A stretch of DNA of 56,115 bases, filler included, from Sphacelaria rigidula (GCA_964200075.2; 4 parts of 4 records of this genome joined end to end with filler, not necessarily neighbours in it); one strand, 5' to 3'; positions 12,978 through 25,432 are shown, counted from the whole stretch's first letter. A program made the numbers and translations. Notes: generated from the sequence alone by a model not told the origin.

Positions 12978-13235
12978 ATCCTCTCGAGGGTAAAATACCC
13001 TCAAGATGGTATTTCATCCCCAGGCGCAGTCATATACGAATCCTCCGGAGGGCATCTGATGCTCCAGCGACTTCTGAGGTCTGAATCCCTCGAGAGTAAC
13101 AAAAATGATGGTGCTCTGGAGGGTCGCGCATCCTCCAAATTCCCCCGGAGCGATGCGCGACCCTCCAGAGCCGAAACAAGCATTTGGGGACGTTTAATCC
13201 CACCCCCCTGGAGGGCCGCGCACCCTCTGGAGGCG
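12978..13235. repeat. Cluster of short palindromic CCTC(C/G)AGAG / CTCTGGAGG motifs, probably transposon subterminal repeats
   Basis: CCTCTCGAGGG, CCTCCGGAGGG, GGAGGGTCGCGCATCCTCC, GATGCGCGACCCTCCAGAG, GGAGGGCCGCGCACCCTCTGGAGG. Confidence 0.55.
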
Positions 13236-13954
13236 TTTAATTCCTTTGAAGGCTGGAAAAGTTGACCGGAACAGACTATTTCTAGGGGTGGTCAAATGAC
13301 CGCGTGTGTGCTGTTGAGATTCGAGAGGGCGTAAGCTCATTGAAGTCGTCGCTACGGGGACAAACTATCAACTGAGACGACTAAGGTACACGGGAGGTAC
13401 ATTTCGGACATAATATGAGACAGCATATGACAAAATGAGGTACAAAATAAACATAGTGTCGTAGTTTTTGGTGGGTATGTATACCTATGTACTTGCTTTT
13501 CGCGGTGCTGTCTGGCCTGAAATTGCGCTCTTCTTTCGTGAAAGTTAGCGTATATGCTCTGTTTGAACATTGGGCGCCTTGCCTTTGCGTCGGGATTATG
13601 TTTCAAGTGGTTTGAACCTACAGCAGTTAGCGTCTGATATTTTCAAGATCCGTAGTTTTTGAATTTTATACTGAAAATAGAGAGAAGTCGTGATTCCGTC
13701 GCTTTTTTTCATCATGTTTCAGCCAACATCGCGTGCATGCCAGCAAGGATATCTCAGCGTATAGTGCTCCCCCTGCGTAAAGAAAGATATCGTGATAACC
13801 GCTGTCAAGTGGAGAAGCCGAACATCCGCGTACAGCAGGGTCAAGTACCGTGTGTGGTGAACACGGTGGGTGGGAAGAACCCCCACAAATCAGGTGGTAC
13901 GCTGCGGACTTGAACATGACGGCTGTCAGAAAACACATCGAAGGCGTTGCATGT

Positions 13955-14054
13955 NNNNNNNNNNNNNNNNNNNNNNNNNNNNNNNNNNNNNNNNNNNNTT
14001 AATTAATTAANNNNNNNNNNNNNNNNNNNNNNNNNNNNNNNNNNNNNNNNNNNN
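13955..14054. other. Artificial scaffold linker (N44-TTAATTAATTAA-N44)
   Basis: 100 bp with a six-frame stop spacer; identical to the two other linkers. Confidence 0.99.
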
Positions 14055-14464
14055 CGAGATTAGTCTCTCTGGATCATGCATACTTTTTCTCACCTGAAAT
14101 TGATGCCGATTCAACAAAAGACTAACCTCGCGGTCCAAGGGTTAACCTCTAGACCGCGAGGGTAGTCAACCTGGATCATGCATACTTTTCCCAAGTTAAA
14201 TTGATGCCGATTCGACAGGTGACCTACTCTCGCCGTCCAAGGGCTAACCCCCCGGACGACGGTGCGGGTAGTCCATCTGGATCACGAATACTTTTTTCAA
14301 GTGAATATTGATGCCGATTCAGCAGGTGACCTACCTACGTTCGCGATGAAAGGGTCAACGCTTGGACCGCGGTGCGGGTAGTCCATCTGGATCGTGCATA
14401 CTTTTCTCACGTAAATATTGATGCCGATTCAGCAGGTGACCTACCCTCGCGGTCAAAGGGCTAA
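14055..14464 (+). mobile_element. Chain of four family-A piggyBac-type mini-elements (first truncated by scaffold start)
   Basis: ~100-bp units CCCTTAGACCGCG...CGCGGTCAAAGGG joined at TTAA (14142), CTAA (14244), TCAA (14355), ending CTAA (14461). Confidence 0.85.
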
Positions 14465-14603
14465 GTCCCCCAATTTTGAAGAAATCGGGATAACAAAAAA
14501 ATTGAGATTGGTTGCCATGAAATATGGTTCAAGACGCGCCCTGACACAGTTTATTTGCCCCATCAAGTATCCCATGTTGTCAGCCCGTGTCTTCGCACAT
14601 TAG

Positions 14604-15611
14604 TTTTCGATCGAAAAGGTGCGGTGGAAAACAAATATCCCGACCTCATAGGTCGTGATTTCAACCATGTTCAAAATGAACTGCGACAGTTAAAATCGTG
14701 ACCTATCAGATCCGAGTTTTCGGTTTCCACCGCACATTTTCGATCGAAAAATAATGCGCTAGGACACGCCCTCATAGAGCTCGGCCACAAAACGCACAGC
14801 AGAACCAACCATTACAGCCGCAGCAGTCCATTCTTCACCCGCATACTTTCCGTTCATAAATATAACACAACAACGACCAAGCCCTGCTTGTGATGTCCGG
14901 GAAATATTGTCGAGTCTGTCCGCGCCCGGTGCCAACCATGTTGGATGCAAAACTTGTGGCTTTCGGGGGAATATATATGGGGCGATTATATATTTTCACT
15001 TCAGGACTCTTCTACTAAGCACATGTCTCAGGCCGTGTATCAGGGCGTATCTCAGCACAAAAGTTTTCGATCCAAATTGTGCGGTGGAAAACAAAAATCC
15101 CGATCTGATAGGTCGTAATTTCAACCATCTTCGATCATTTTGAAGATAGTTGAAATCACCATCTATCAGAATATTTGTTTTCCACCGCACACTTTCGTCG
15201 AAAAAGTGCGGTGGAAAACAAATACTCCGATCTAATAGATCTGTGACCACGGAAGGCGTCCGCATCAGATGCCCAGTACAAATGTACCGCGCAGATATCG
15301 GAACGGTTTTTAATGTGAAGAAGAAAATAATAGATCGTGATTTCAACCATCTTCGAAATAAACTACGATAGTTGAAATCACAATATATCAGATCGGAGTT
15401 TTCCGTTTCCATCGCACATTTTCGATAGAAAGATGATGTGCCAAAGGGCGTGTCTCAGCAAATTAGTTCTCCATCGAAAATGTGCGGTGGAAACGGAAAA
15501 CTCCGATCTGATATATTGTGATTTCAACTATCGTAGTTTATTTCGGAGATGGTTGAAATCATGACCCATCAGATTAGGATTTTTGTTTTCCACCGCACGT
15601 TTTTGATGGAA
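14604..15611. repeat. Four copies of a ~145-bp palindromic element (family D: TTTTCGATCGAAAA.GTGCGGTGGAAA...TTTCCACCGCAC.TTTTCGATCGAAAA)
   Basis: Copies at ~14604-14750, 15064-15204, 15192-15430 (interrupted at 15241-15311), 15465-15611; further copies at 19230-19386 and a fragment at ~42600-42665. Confidence 0.8.
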
Positions 15612-15625
15612 GACTTATGTGTTGA

Positions 15626-15784
15626 CCTTTAGACCGCGAGGGTAATCCATCTGGACCACGCATACATTTTTCAAGTGAAGTTGATGCCGATTCAACAGAT
15701 GACCTACTCTCGTCGTCCAAGGTTCAACCCTTAGACCGCGAGGGTAGATCATCTGCTTAATCGGCATCAATTTTCACTTCAAAA
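15626..15784. mobile_element. Family-A mini-element plus a partial inverted copy
   Basis: TTGA|CCTTTAGACCGCGAG...CCAAGGT|TCAA|CCCTTAGACCGCG... Confidence 0.8.
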
Positions 15785-16024
15785 CATCTCATTCTGATAC
15801 TATTATTACTATATGCAGACAGTTACTAACTACGTGACCGCGGTCACCAGCAGATGTAACGCACATAGTCGTACTAAAATCGCTCCTGACGCCAGTAGAC
15901 CTTACAAACTGTACGTAAACTATGGTTGGTACTCGATTTTACTAGATTTCAGACAGAACAAAGTTCTGAGAAAATTCATGGTCTGGGGCAGGTGAGCAGT
16001 GGTGAGCAGTAGACCCAGCTTGTC

Positions 16025-16169
16025 CAGAACGTGTTTTCGTCCAAAATCGGCTCAAAGGCGTCAATTTGGGCTCTGGCAACGTACACTTTGCCTGGGCAAC
16101 ACTTTGCACCCCCTTGCCCGAGGGTTCTCGGTATGCCTTGGTCGGGGTTAGGGTCAGGGTTAGCGTTAG
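16025..16169 (+). repeat. Dispersed repeat ending in TTAGGG-like units (copy 1 of 3)
   Basis: ...CACTTTGCACCCCCTTGCCCGAGGGTTCTCGGTATGCCTTGGTCGGGGTTAGGGTCAGGGTTAGCGTTAG; homologs at 23690-23828 (-) and 25113-25234 (+). Confidence 0.75.
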
Positions 16170-17651
16170 AATTGGCGGCATCTCCATTGTACCAACCATT
16201 GTTTACGTACAGTTCGTCAGGTCCCCTCCTTGACGCCTGGCTACTGCACTGGAACCCTGACATGAAGCAGCCGCCAGCTTTGTCTTTCGTCAACTTTCCC
16301 TATGTAATTCGACACTTCAAAGGATACTCGCCGTTGAAAGGCGAATTTGCCCTTTGTGCACAGCCGCTCGGAACAAAGCAGCGCCTGGGGGTCATGCAAC
16401 TCAAGTGCATCTTGTCACAACTTTCTTGCGGCAGGAAAAGTTATATGCGCACCGATATTTTTGAATTTGCCATCTTCGACCTCGAAAGACGCTACTGATC
16501 CTCAACCCAAAAGTGCCGATCGCGCACCGCTTACAACTCGGCAACGAAGCGAGGGATTGGACTGCGGTTTCTTGCGTGCGCTTCCCACACACCCAACCTA
16601 TGTCGCCACGTTTGGTTTTTGCGTTTGTGCGTGATGCTGACTCGCAAGTGACCTCAATATATTAAAATAAGGTGTTTTTTGCTCTGGGAGGGGATTTTCG
16701 TGCCGCTGACCCGACGCCAGCAAAATACCAAACGGGGGCCCCTAGATCTTGTGTGTATGCGGGGGGCTGTCAAGTGCCGTGGACCGGCTTGCTTCCCGTG
16801 TCGAGAACCGCGCGATCTCCAGTGCTACAACTTTCCCATACAGGCTGGTTCAGATTGAATACACAAAATTTATTCCCCGGCTGATGACGAACGCAAAACC
16901 CAGCCAATATGCACAGATGTGGCACCATACTGATCACAATGAACAGAGGAAAATGGTGGCATAGCCATATTTTCGTTCAAGGCTATAGCGGTGGCGCTGT
17001 GGACAAAAGTATGTCTCGACCAATCAGCGCCCTCCAAATTGTTCCGAAATTGAAAACAAGAATCCCAACCCCAATTTCTACCGAATCTCCTCATGGTTCA
17101 ACTCGTAGTAGCCATCGTCAGCCTGGGAATCTAACGGGAGAAACAGAGTTGAAAACGGTTCCAACGGGGGTCGAATTTCGCCCAAAACCGTAATGGTTCG
17201 GTGATGTGGAGCTTTGGCGTCGTCTAACTTCCACTCATGATATGTGCGAAAGACCCACGGAGCCCCGTGACGATTTCCCCTTTATCTGTTGCAGAAAAGC
17301 TCGGATCATTCTCAAACTTGGCAGCTTCGTAGGTATTGATGCTCCAAATAGAAAAAATGCATTCTTGGCAAGATTTCCAAGTTCCTCCGTTCTCTGCTGG
17401 CTTCCGGAGGTCCCAGCATAAAGACCCCCGGAAACCGGTACAGAATACCTCCTCAACCCCCAAAATTTCGACACCTTAAGGATAGTGGTATCCCAAGGAA
17501 CATTTGTGTGCATTTTCATTACCTAACTCGAAAATCTTGAGTAGAACAGCGCGTGCAAGCCAAAAAAGAACCGGTAAAATCATCACTTTTTACTTTAATC
17601 AAGTAATTAGGGGGACACGCAGACTTTTTCATACTTCAGCGCACGTTTCGC

Positions 17652-17939
17652 GATTTCCTCACGCCGATTTTTCGGGTTAGACCACGAAAATTTGCACACG
17701 TGTTCTTGCGGGCACTATCTAAAACTCGAAAACCGTTTTTTTTTCATTTTTATTGTTGGTGACTTTTTATCCAAGGTCACGGTTGACCTACTTGACCGGG
17801 GGAGAGGTCAAATCCCGACTATCTCGACACCCCCCCCCCACAAAAAAAAAAAAAAAGGTCTTCGAGTTTTAGATAGTGCCCACAAAAACATGTGTGCAAT
17901 TTTTCGTGGTCTAACTCAAAAAACCGGCGTGAGGAATTC
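17652..17939. mobile_element. MITE with ~85-bp terminal inverted repeats
   Basis: TTCCTCACGCCGATTTTTCGGGTTAGACCACGAAAATTTGCACAC... pairs with ...GTGTGCAATTTTTCGTGGTCTAACTCAAAAAACCGGCGTGAGGAA. Confidence 0.8.
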
Positions 17940-18823
17940 CCGGGGAATGAATTTCGGGCGTTCAATCTGGACCAGCTCGTACTACACCAACGGAATAAGT
18001 GATGAAGTGTGTGTTCTGTTCATGAGGGCCTCGGCACAGGTTCGACCACATACTGACGTGTTCATTATTCCTCCGCGTTATTTTTTGTTTCAAATCTTTC
18101 GCCGATTTTTGGTCCTTACGGCCCCCATTCCTACCCGTGACTCATAAGTGTGGTATTGTGCACTCGTGCATGCAGCTGTAGAGCGAGCAAGTGGTAAATA
18201 ATACTTCCAACTACAGCTTCGTACCTTGGTACCCTAGCGTAATACAGTGCAGGACACTCCATCATTACACGATAATACCGTATGGTGGCACATCATGGCA
18301 CAGTAGTATTGCGAGCACAGTGAATAAACAGTGCGCGAGAAGAGGTCAGTTATTATTATATTATTATTATTTCCGCATATATATATATATATATATCACC
18401 CTGCAAGTACAGCGACAACAGAGTAAGAGAGTACAGTACCGTGCGTTTTAGTGATACATATGGCAGCGCAGTGCAGCGTAAAATATTACCATCACCATAG
18501 GGTACGGCGTCAACACTTCCTATCCGCTTGTCAAACCCTGTGCGAAGCTGCCTCAGCAGCTGGCGCGGGCAGGCACACCCTGCGCTGTCACGAGACTGTC
18601 TTCTGCTGCAGTTGCAAAAAAATACATATCAAACGCTTCGTACCCGACCATGTACGTCACTGCACGTACGTCACCTGAAAAATATCGTAATGGGTCACGA
18701 TCTCGGACCATTTCTCCCCGATGTTTGCGAAAAATCGAGGGAAATCGTTCCGAGATCGTTACACCCCGATATTTTTCCCCTGATGCTCGAAAAATCGAGA
18801 TTGATGACTGCCATAAAAGGTGA

Positions 18824-18927
18824 TTTTAGGCCGCGATGCAGGTCAGTCCATCTGGATCACGCATACTTTTCCCAGTGAAATCGATGTCGATTCAGCAGGT
18901 GACCTACCCTCGTGGCCAAAAGGTTAA
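18824..18927 (+). mobile_element. Solo degenerate family-A mini-element (another 5' fragment at 19431-19481)
   Basis: Internal GTCCATCTGGATCACGCATAC...GATTCAGCAGGTGACCTACCCTCG; right end AAAAGG|TTAA. Confidence 0.75.
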
Positions 18928-20693
18928 AACTACGAAAATCTTGACATCTGTCGCGCGCTGCATCCTGCACAAAATATACATGGTGAAAAGGCGCAGTGGG
19001 CAACAACGTGCTGTGTAAAGTGCAGGTCTATTGCAACCATTGAACATACACAGATTGTTCAGGGTGTGAACAATTCTACAGCGTGCAGCCCGCGGCCTGC
19101 TTTCAACGTGTCCTCTCTGTCTCTAGAGAGAGAGAGAGGTGCTGTTGCACGATACTATGATGTGGTTGACACGACATAATCGTCCTTTTTCCCGACGTTC
19201 CTTTTGTTAGGCCGTGTCTTAGTGCATCAGTTTTCGATCGACGAAGTGCGGTGGAAAACAAATATCTCGATCTGAAGTCCTGGTGGGTCGTGATTTTAAC
19301 CATCTTCAAAATAAATTATGACAGATGAAATCGAAACCTAGCGGATCGGAGTTTTCTGTTTCCACCGCACATTTTCGATCGGAAAATGATGTGCTAAGGG
19401 CGTGTCTTAGGCCGTGTCTCGGGCCGTGTCTTAACCCTTCGACCGCGGTGCGGGTAGACCATCTGGACCACGCGTACGTTTCCGTTTTGGACTGCATGTT
19501 TTTTTTGTCGCGGCGAGCAGTGTGTGATGGATGGCATTTCAGTTTGTGGCATGCCACCAGGTGCTGCTTTGTTCTGTACGGCTGTGCACGAAGGGCAAAT
19601 TCGCCTTTCAACAGCGAGTACCCTTCATGTATTGTGTTGCAGAGAGCGAGATCACAAATGAACTTCGGCTGTTGTGTCTGAGGGTTCCAGCGGAGAAGCC
19701 AAGGCGCGAAAAGTGATTTTGATTTCAGACTGCGCACCATGTATGCCCAGGTCGGCAGAGCCACGGTGTTTCAAGTAACTACCTGTACATACTATACTGA
19801 AAATAGGGGGAAATTGACGTTGAAGATGTTGATCTGGACAGAGAACCAGACCGTGCCCAAGCGACTAACGAGATGGGATTCCTTCCACTCATGCCATGAC
19901 CCTGACCCCATGGGGCCCATGAAAAATTAACTCTCCAATCCCGCAGTCATAGCTGTGTGTAGGACATGCAGCGCGTAGCCAATCCGCACAGCATGAACCT
20001 CTTGATCGTCAACATCATCAGCATCGTTCTCAGTAGTTTTCGGATGCGCGACGCTGCTGCTCATGATCTCCAAATTTCCGTACTGTCTCGTTCTAGCACC
20101 ATGTCAAGCACGCCTTTCACTGCAGTGTACATTGGCGTGTAGCGGCCACAACAGCTGCTGTTCGTGCTCTTATTTGGTTATCTTCGCAATGACGGTAGAC
20201 GTGGGGTGGCAGCTCGCGGGCGTGTGCTCCCCGACTGGTACAGACAGAAGCAGGACACTAGCTAGTGCAAAAAGATTGTCCATCTACTGATGTGGAGCGA
20301 GCTTTTCGGATGAACAAAATCACCTCAACACCCACCACTCCCAGGCTTGAATAAATGTACAAGAAATATAGGTAATTTCTGATGAGCCAAATTGTCCTTT
20401 GTAGGTGACGCGTGTATTTTCCATTGATATGATTCGTTGGATTACGGACAACTTCTGACGCATGTAGCGTTCAGCTTGCGCTTTCCATGAATGTAGTACA
20501 CAAAATCAGCCCCCATTCCTACCCATAACAGTCGCGCAGGAAATGACTGTCATGTAAACAGAACTGTTTCACAAATCTGTGATACTTATGTCTGTCTGCA
20601 CCATAAAATGGTCCGCCCGATTTTGAGTTCGCGAATTTGAGCCCCCCCTATTGAAAAAATCGAGATTCGTTGCCATGAACGTTTGTCTAAGAC

Positions 20694-21880
20694 CGACTCT
20701 AATGGGAGCCGTTCAAAATTCCTGTTCGAAACTGCCTTTTTTATCCTTCTCCGTCGTTTTACGCCTGAAAAGAGGGTTAGGCGAATGTGGCCGCCTCGGA
20801 ATAAATTGCTCTACTCATTGAGGCCGTTCCAGGGCAACCTTGCATTCCCCGCTGGCCGCACTTTCATTTTTGGCCTAACACGGACTTCCAACAAAAAATG
20901 GCCAAGCGATCAGAAAACAGGGGGAATTTTGATCACCTGACTGTTTTCTACTGAAAATCCGTGCCTCGCCTCATTTGACCAGAAACAAAAGTGCGGCCAG
21001 CGGGAAATGCAAAGTTGTCCTGGAATGGTCTCAACGAGTAGAGTAACATAGGCCAACTCTAATGACAGCCGTTCAAAATTCCCGTTCAAAACTGCCTTTT
21101 GGGGCCCTTCGCCGTCAATTGACGCCCGAAACGAGGGCTAGGTGGATGTTGATGCCTTGGAATAAGTTACTCTACTCGTTGAGACCATTCCAGGGCAACT
21201 TTGCTTCACCCGCTGGCCGCAGTATTGTTTTGGCCAAACCACGTCAAACACGGACTTTCAGTGAAAAACGGTCAGGTGATCAAAATTTCCCCATGTTTTT
21301 TAATCGCTTGACCGTTTTTGGCCAAAAAATAAAAGTGCAGCCAGCGGGAAATGCAAAGTTGCCCTGGAACGGTCTCGATGAGTAGAGCAAGTCATTCCAA
21401 GGCGTCAAAATCCGCCTAGCCCTCGTTTCAAGCGTAAAACTACCGGGAAGGGCCAGAGAGGCAGGTTCGAACAAGAAAAAGTGCCTCTTTGGAGCTTTTA
21501 CGTCGTTTTACGCCCCAAAAAGAGAGCCAGGCGGAGTTTGACACCTTGGGATGATTTGCTCTAGTCGTTGAGGCGGTCCCAGGACATCTTCCAGTTTTCC
21601 GGTGGCCGCAGTTTTTTATTTGGCCGTACAAGGATTTTTGTCGAAGAACGGTAAAAAACAGTCAAATCTAGAAAAAATCGCCATTTTTCTCTGGACTTGA
21701 TCGTTTTTTACTATTCTTGGAGGGAGATTCTTGTTTGGCCAATATTAAAACTGCGGCCACCAGAAAACGGGATGATATCCTGGAACCGCCTCAACTAGTG
21801 GAGCGAGTCATTCCAAGGTGTTAAACTCCGCCTAGCTCTCTTTCGGGGCGTAAAACGACATCGAAGCTAAAAAAAGGCAC
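20694..21880. mobile_element. Three adjacent related ~350-420 bp fold-back elements
   Basis: Units ~20694-21047, 21052-21470, 21481-21880, each with long inverted arms (e.g. GTTCCAGGGCAACCTTGCATTCCCCGCTGGCCGCAC / GTGCGGCCAGCGGGAAATGCAAAGTTGTCCTGGAA); the third is GTGCCTCTTT...AAAAAAGGCAC. Confidence 0.85.
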
Positions 21881-22312
21881 TATTCCAGATTTTTCATTGT
21901 CCGTTATAAGGAGCGGCCTAAGCACTTGTGCTGGACTCAGGAGGAAAATAATGATTAGGAATCGGAAAGTGCAAGGGGGTCGGCAGGTGAGCATCTGCAA
22001 GAATGCACTGCACCTCAGAAAAATAAAAAAACTGCCTTCACAACCACCATGGCTACATCAGCCCCCCAAGCAAGCTGCCTCCTCACTTGAACCGGCAAAC
22101 AACATGAATCTCTACTGGGACACCCCATGTGTAACGACAATCTGCACAAAACTCGTACAGTAGTAGACAGTTCTTTAGTGAAACGTGGAGTGTTATTGAG
22201 ATTGAGCATGGGTTAGTTTGGTGGCCTGATCACTCGCGAGAGTCACGAGCGCACGAAAGAACTGCGACTACCGTGTGCATCTTGAAGAAAATCAGAGTGT
22301 GCGTAGCCTTAA

Positions 22313-22478
22313 CCCTTTTGGGGCCCTACTCTCAGAAACATGCTGTTTGCACGGAAGGGCCTTTCAGTGAAATTGCACCATTTTTACTTGAAAGCGACTG
22401 ACGATGATACCGAGTAACGACCCCCCCGCCCTCCCTGCATGCAAACACCATGTTCCTGGGAGTCCGGTCCCAAAATGG
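22313..22478 (-). mobile_element. Solo family-B piggyBac-type MITE with TTAA target duplication
   Basis: TTAA|CCCTTTTGGGGCCCTACTCTCAGAAACATG...CATGTTCCTGGGAGTCCGGTCCCAAAATGG|TTAA; inverted homolog at 25433-25598. Confidence 0.85.
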
Positions 22479-23049
22479 TTAAGCTACCGATAGCTGCATA
22501 CAGCACGGAAGCAAGCGCATCGGTGGATCCGTGGATTTTACTACAGCCTACTATTATAACAAACAGCAAAGGGGGGGTACAGTCGAAAGGGGGCGGGGCA
22601 GAACAGCCAGCGCGGAGGTTCAGAAACAGCTCGGAAAACCCGGCAGTCAGTAGCAGGGGAAGATGACGCCCAACGTGCGTAAAATACACCATGTCGATTG
22701 AGAGGCTGTTCTGTGGCTACAGTAGTAGTACAGTGCTACATCAATTTTGTAGTCGTCGGAGGTGAGTAATATGAACTTTTATCCCTGCAGTCCTGGAGAG
22801 CTTCGTCATATAATGAAAATCGGGTGAAATATGAGTGACGGATGCAATGTGCTGAGATCATTTTTTTCTTGAGAAGCGCTCAAGGGAAAAAATGTTGTAT
22901 TGGATGCCTGTGCGCAAAATAAGAATTTCAACATCAAGCATTTGGCGTTTTGCACCTCCTCAAACAATGAGAACTTGGATTTAAGCATTTCTGCTGAAAT
23001 CGGAGAAAAGATAAGACGCCGAGCCTCGCTCCAAATAAGAGTTTCTTGT

Positions 23050-23581
23050 CCCTTAGACCGCGGTGCGGGTAGTCCATGTAATCACGCACACGTTTTCTAA
23101 CCCTTTGACGGCGAGAGTAGGCCATCTGTTGAATTGGCATCAATATTACTTGAAAGAAGTATGCATGGTCCAGATGTACTGCTTACGCGGTCTAAGGGTT
23201 AAGTGAAAATTGATGCCGATTCAGCAGGTGACCTACCCTCGCGGTCAAGGGGGTTACTCTTTTGGAACCCACTGACGATTTTGTTTTTCGTGAATCGGCA
23301 TCATTTTGACTTGAAAATGACTGAAAACGATGCCGATTCACAAAAACAAGAATCGTTAATGGGTTTCAAAAGGGTTAACCTTACACGTGGAGAGTAGGTC
23401 CTTTCTTGAATCGGCATTAATTTCACTCGGAAAAAGTATGATCCAGATGGCCTAACCTCGCGGTCTAGGGGTTAACCCCTTGACCGTAAGGGTAGGCCAC
23501 CGGCTGAATCGGCATCAGCATTCACTTGAAAAAGGTATGCGTGATCCAGATGGACTACCCCCACCACGATCTAACAGTTCA
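23050..23581. mobile_element. Chain of five piggyBac-type mini-elements (A split by a nested A, then C, A, A)
   Basis: Junctions CTAA 23097, TTAA 23199, TTA 23253, TTAA 23375, TTAA 23472. Confidence 0.85.
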
Positions 23582-24560
23582 CATCTGTCGCGCTCTGTGT
23601 GGCATTATTTCGTGTGGCATTTGAGGAGGTTAGTTCATCACTCGGGAGACTAAGAAATCTCTCGGAAATTTATCATTCCGAACAAACTATAACCCTAACG
23701 CTAACCGTGACCCTAACCCCAACGAAGGCGCACCGAAAACCCTCGGACAAGGGGGTGCGAAATGTTCTCTAGTCAACGTGTACGTTGCGGCACCCCAGGC
23801 GCTGATTTCGATAACAACACGTTCTGCGCACGCCAGGAGCATGCTCGGAGCACAGCCCAAATAAAGATCCGGATTTCGCTGTCCAGATTAATATCAAGTC
23901 CAACTAAAAATCAACCATAGCACCATCCCAACGGTAAACTATACTTTTTGAGAGCGAATGAGAAAATATGTGACCATGATTTTCCCCTCCCATATATTTC
24001 TATCCACAATGGTTATCATATGCTACTACGTATTGTATGCTAGAAAACAATACAGATGTGATTACAGTACCATATCGGGCGTGAAAAATAGATCCGGATC
24101 TTCCTTCCTACAGGCCTATAGACGGTTCTTCACTTCACGACCCCCAGTTCCCTTATTTGCAGGTGGCATTTCTTTTCGTGGTTCAACAGTGTGGTACGCC
24201 GTGCTCTGACGCGTTTCTGCGCTTACCGGTGCCGCAGGCGTCGATTAGAGAGGGGGGAAAAAAAAGTGCACTCCCGTTGCCCAAGAGCCAACGGCCTGCC
24301 GCCGTCGGAGCTAGGTTTAGGGTTTGCGTCATGGTGCAGTTGGATCAGCTCATCATCACACGCATACTATTTAAATCTGGATTTTTACGCTCGAGACGGC
24401 GAACAGGTCTCAAAAGAGAACACAAAATTCTAACCCCGTACAGTAGTATACTACATTTTTACCCCCGAAAGCCCCGAAAAGTGGCAAGGGTCGGACAATT
24501 AATGATTCGTCTGGAAATTACTTGGTCTTAGTATTATGAGTCGACTCGTGACGAATCAAT

Positions 24561-24570
24561 NNNNNNNNNN
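24561..24570. other. Intra-scaffold gap (N10)
   Basis: Ten N bases with no linker motif. Confidence 0.95.
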
Positions 24571-25432
24571 GTACACGCAGGCCAGACACGTGGAATGGCG
24601 CAAAAGTTGCGTGGATATCCCTCGGACCAGCGATCGACTTTTTTCTCCCTTTTGGGCAATCAGGCCGAAGAAATTGTGATTTTGGTGATTTTGAGTCGCG
24701 ATGATTTGTCCTAACCGTGAAAAGTTGTGTGTACCATGTACAACACGGTTTGCCCCGAGCGCGGACAGACCCCTACAACTACTTTTGCATTGTTCTGCTG
24801 ATGATGGGTGACTGCGAGGAGCAGCAAAAAGAACGAGCGGAATAATAATTGTAGCGCATGGCATTCCATCTGGAGAGACCGCTATCAGGATCAGGTTATC
24901 ATATACAACACAAGAAGAGAAAGTTATACCTTTATTTGAAGGTAAGGATGGGAGCGCAGCGGGATCTTCTGTGGTTCACGTGCCGGCACGAAGATCCGTC
25001 CAGTAGAGTTTACGACTTGGTAGGGGTTTGTTGGTCGGACTTGGTTTTAGAGATAGGGATCGAAATCTGGATCTTTACGGGGGGCTGTGGTCCAAGCGTG
25101 CTCCTCGCGTCCGCAGAACGCTTTTTTGTTTCGGAGCTCTGGTAACGCACGCTTTGCCTATAGGGAACACTTTGCACCCCTTCCTTGACTAAGGGTTCTC
25201 GGTATGGCTTCGTTAGGGTGGGGGTTAGGGTTGGAGTCTCGAAATAAAAAAATATCCGACAAACTTTTCACCCATTCTAATGGTACGCTGACCTCAAGGA
25301 TCGGAGCGTAGCGGGACCTTCTGATAAGTTGAAGTTTAGGGAATGGACGTTCGTCAGCATGCTCATCACAGGATAAGGCTGTGGCTTATCAAATGTATCT
25401 CAAACTCGTTTTTTTTTTCCTCGGTATATCAA

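Noticed and set aside
13999-14010. TTAATTAATTAA as a biological TTAA target site
   Set aside because: Centred in N runs and repeated identically at 28053 and 42107; a synthetic six-frame stop linker.
16141-16170. True telomere
   Set aside because: Only 3-4 degenerate units, internal, and part of a dispersed repeat.
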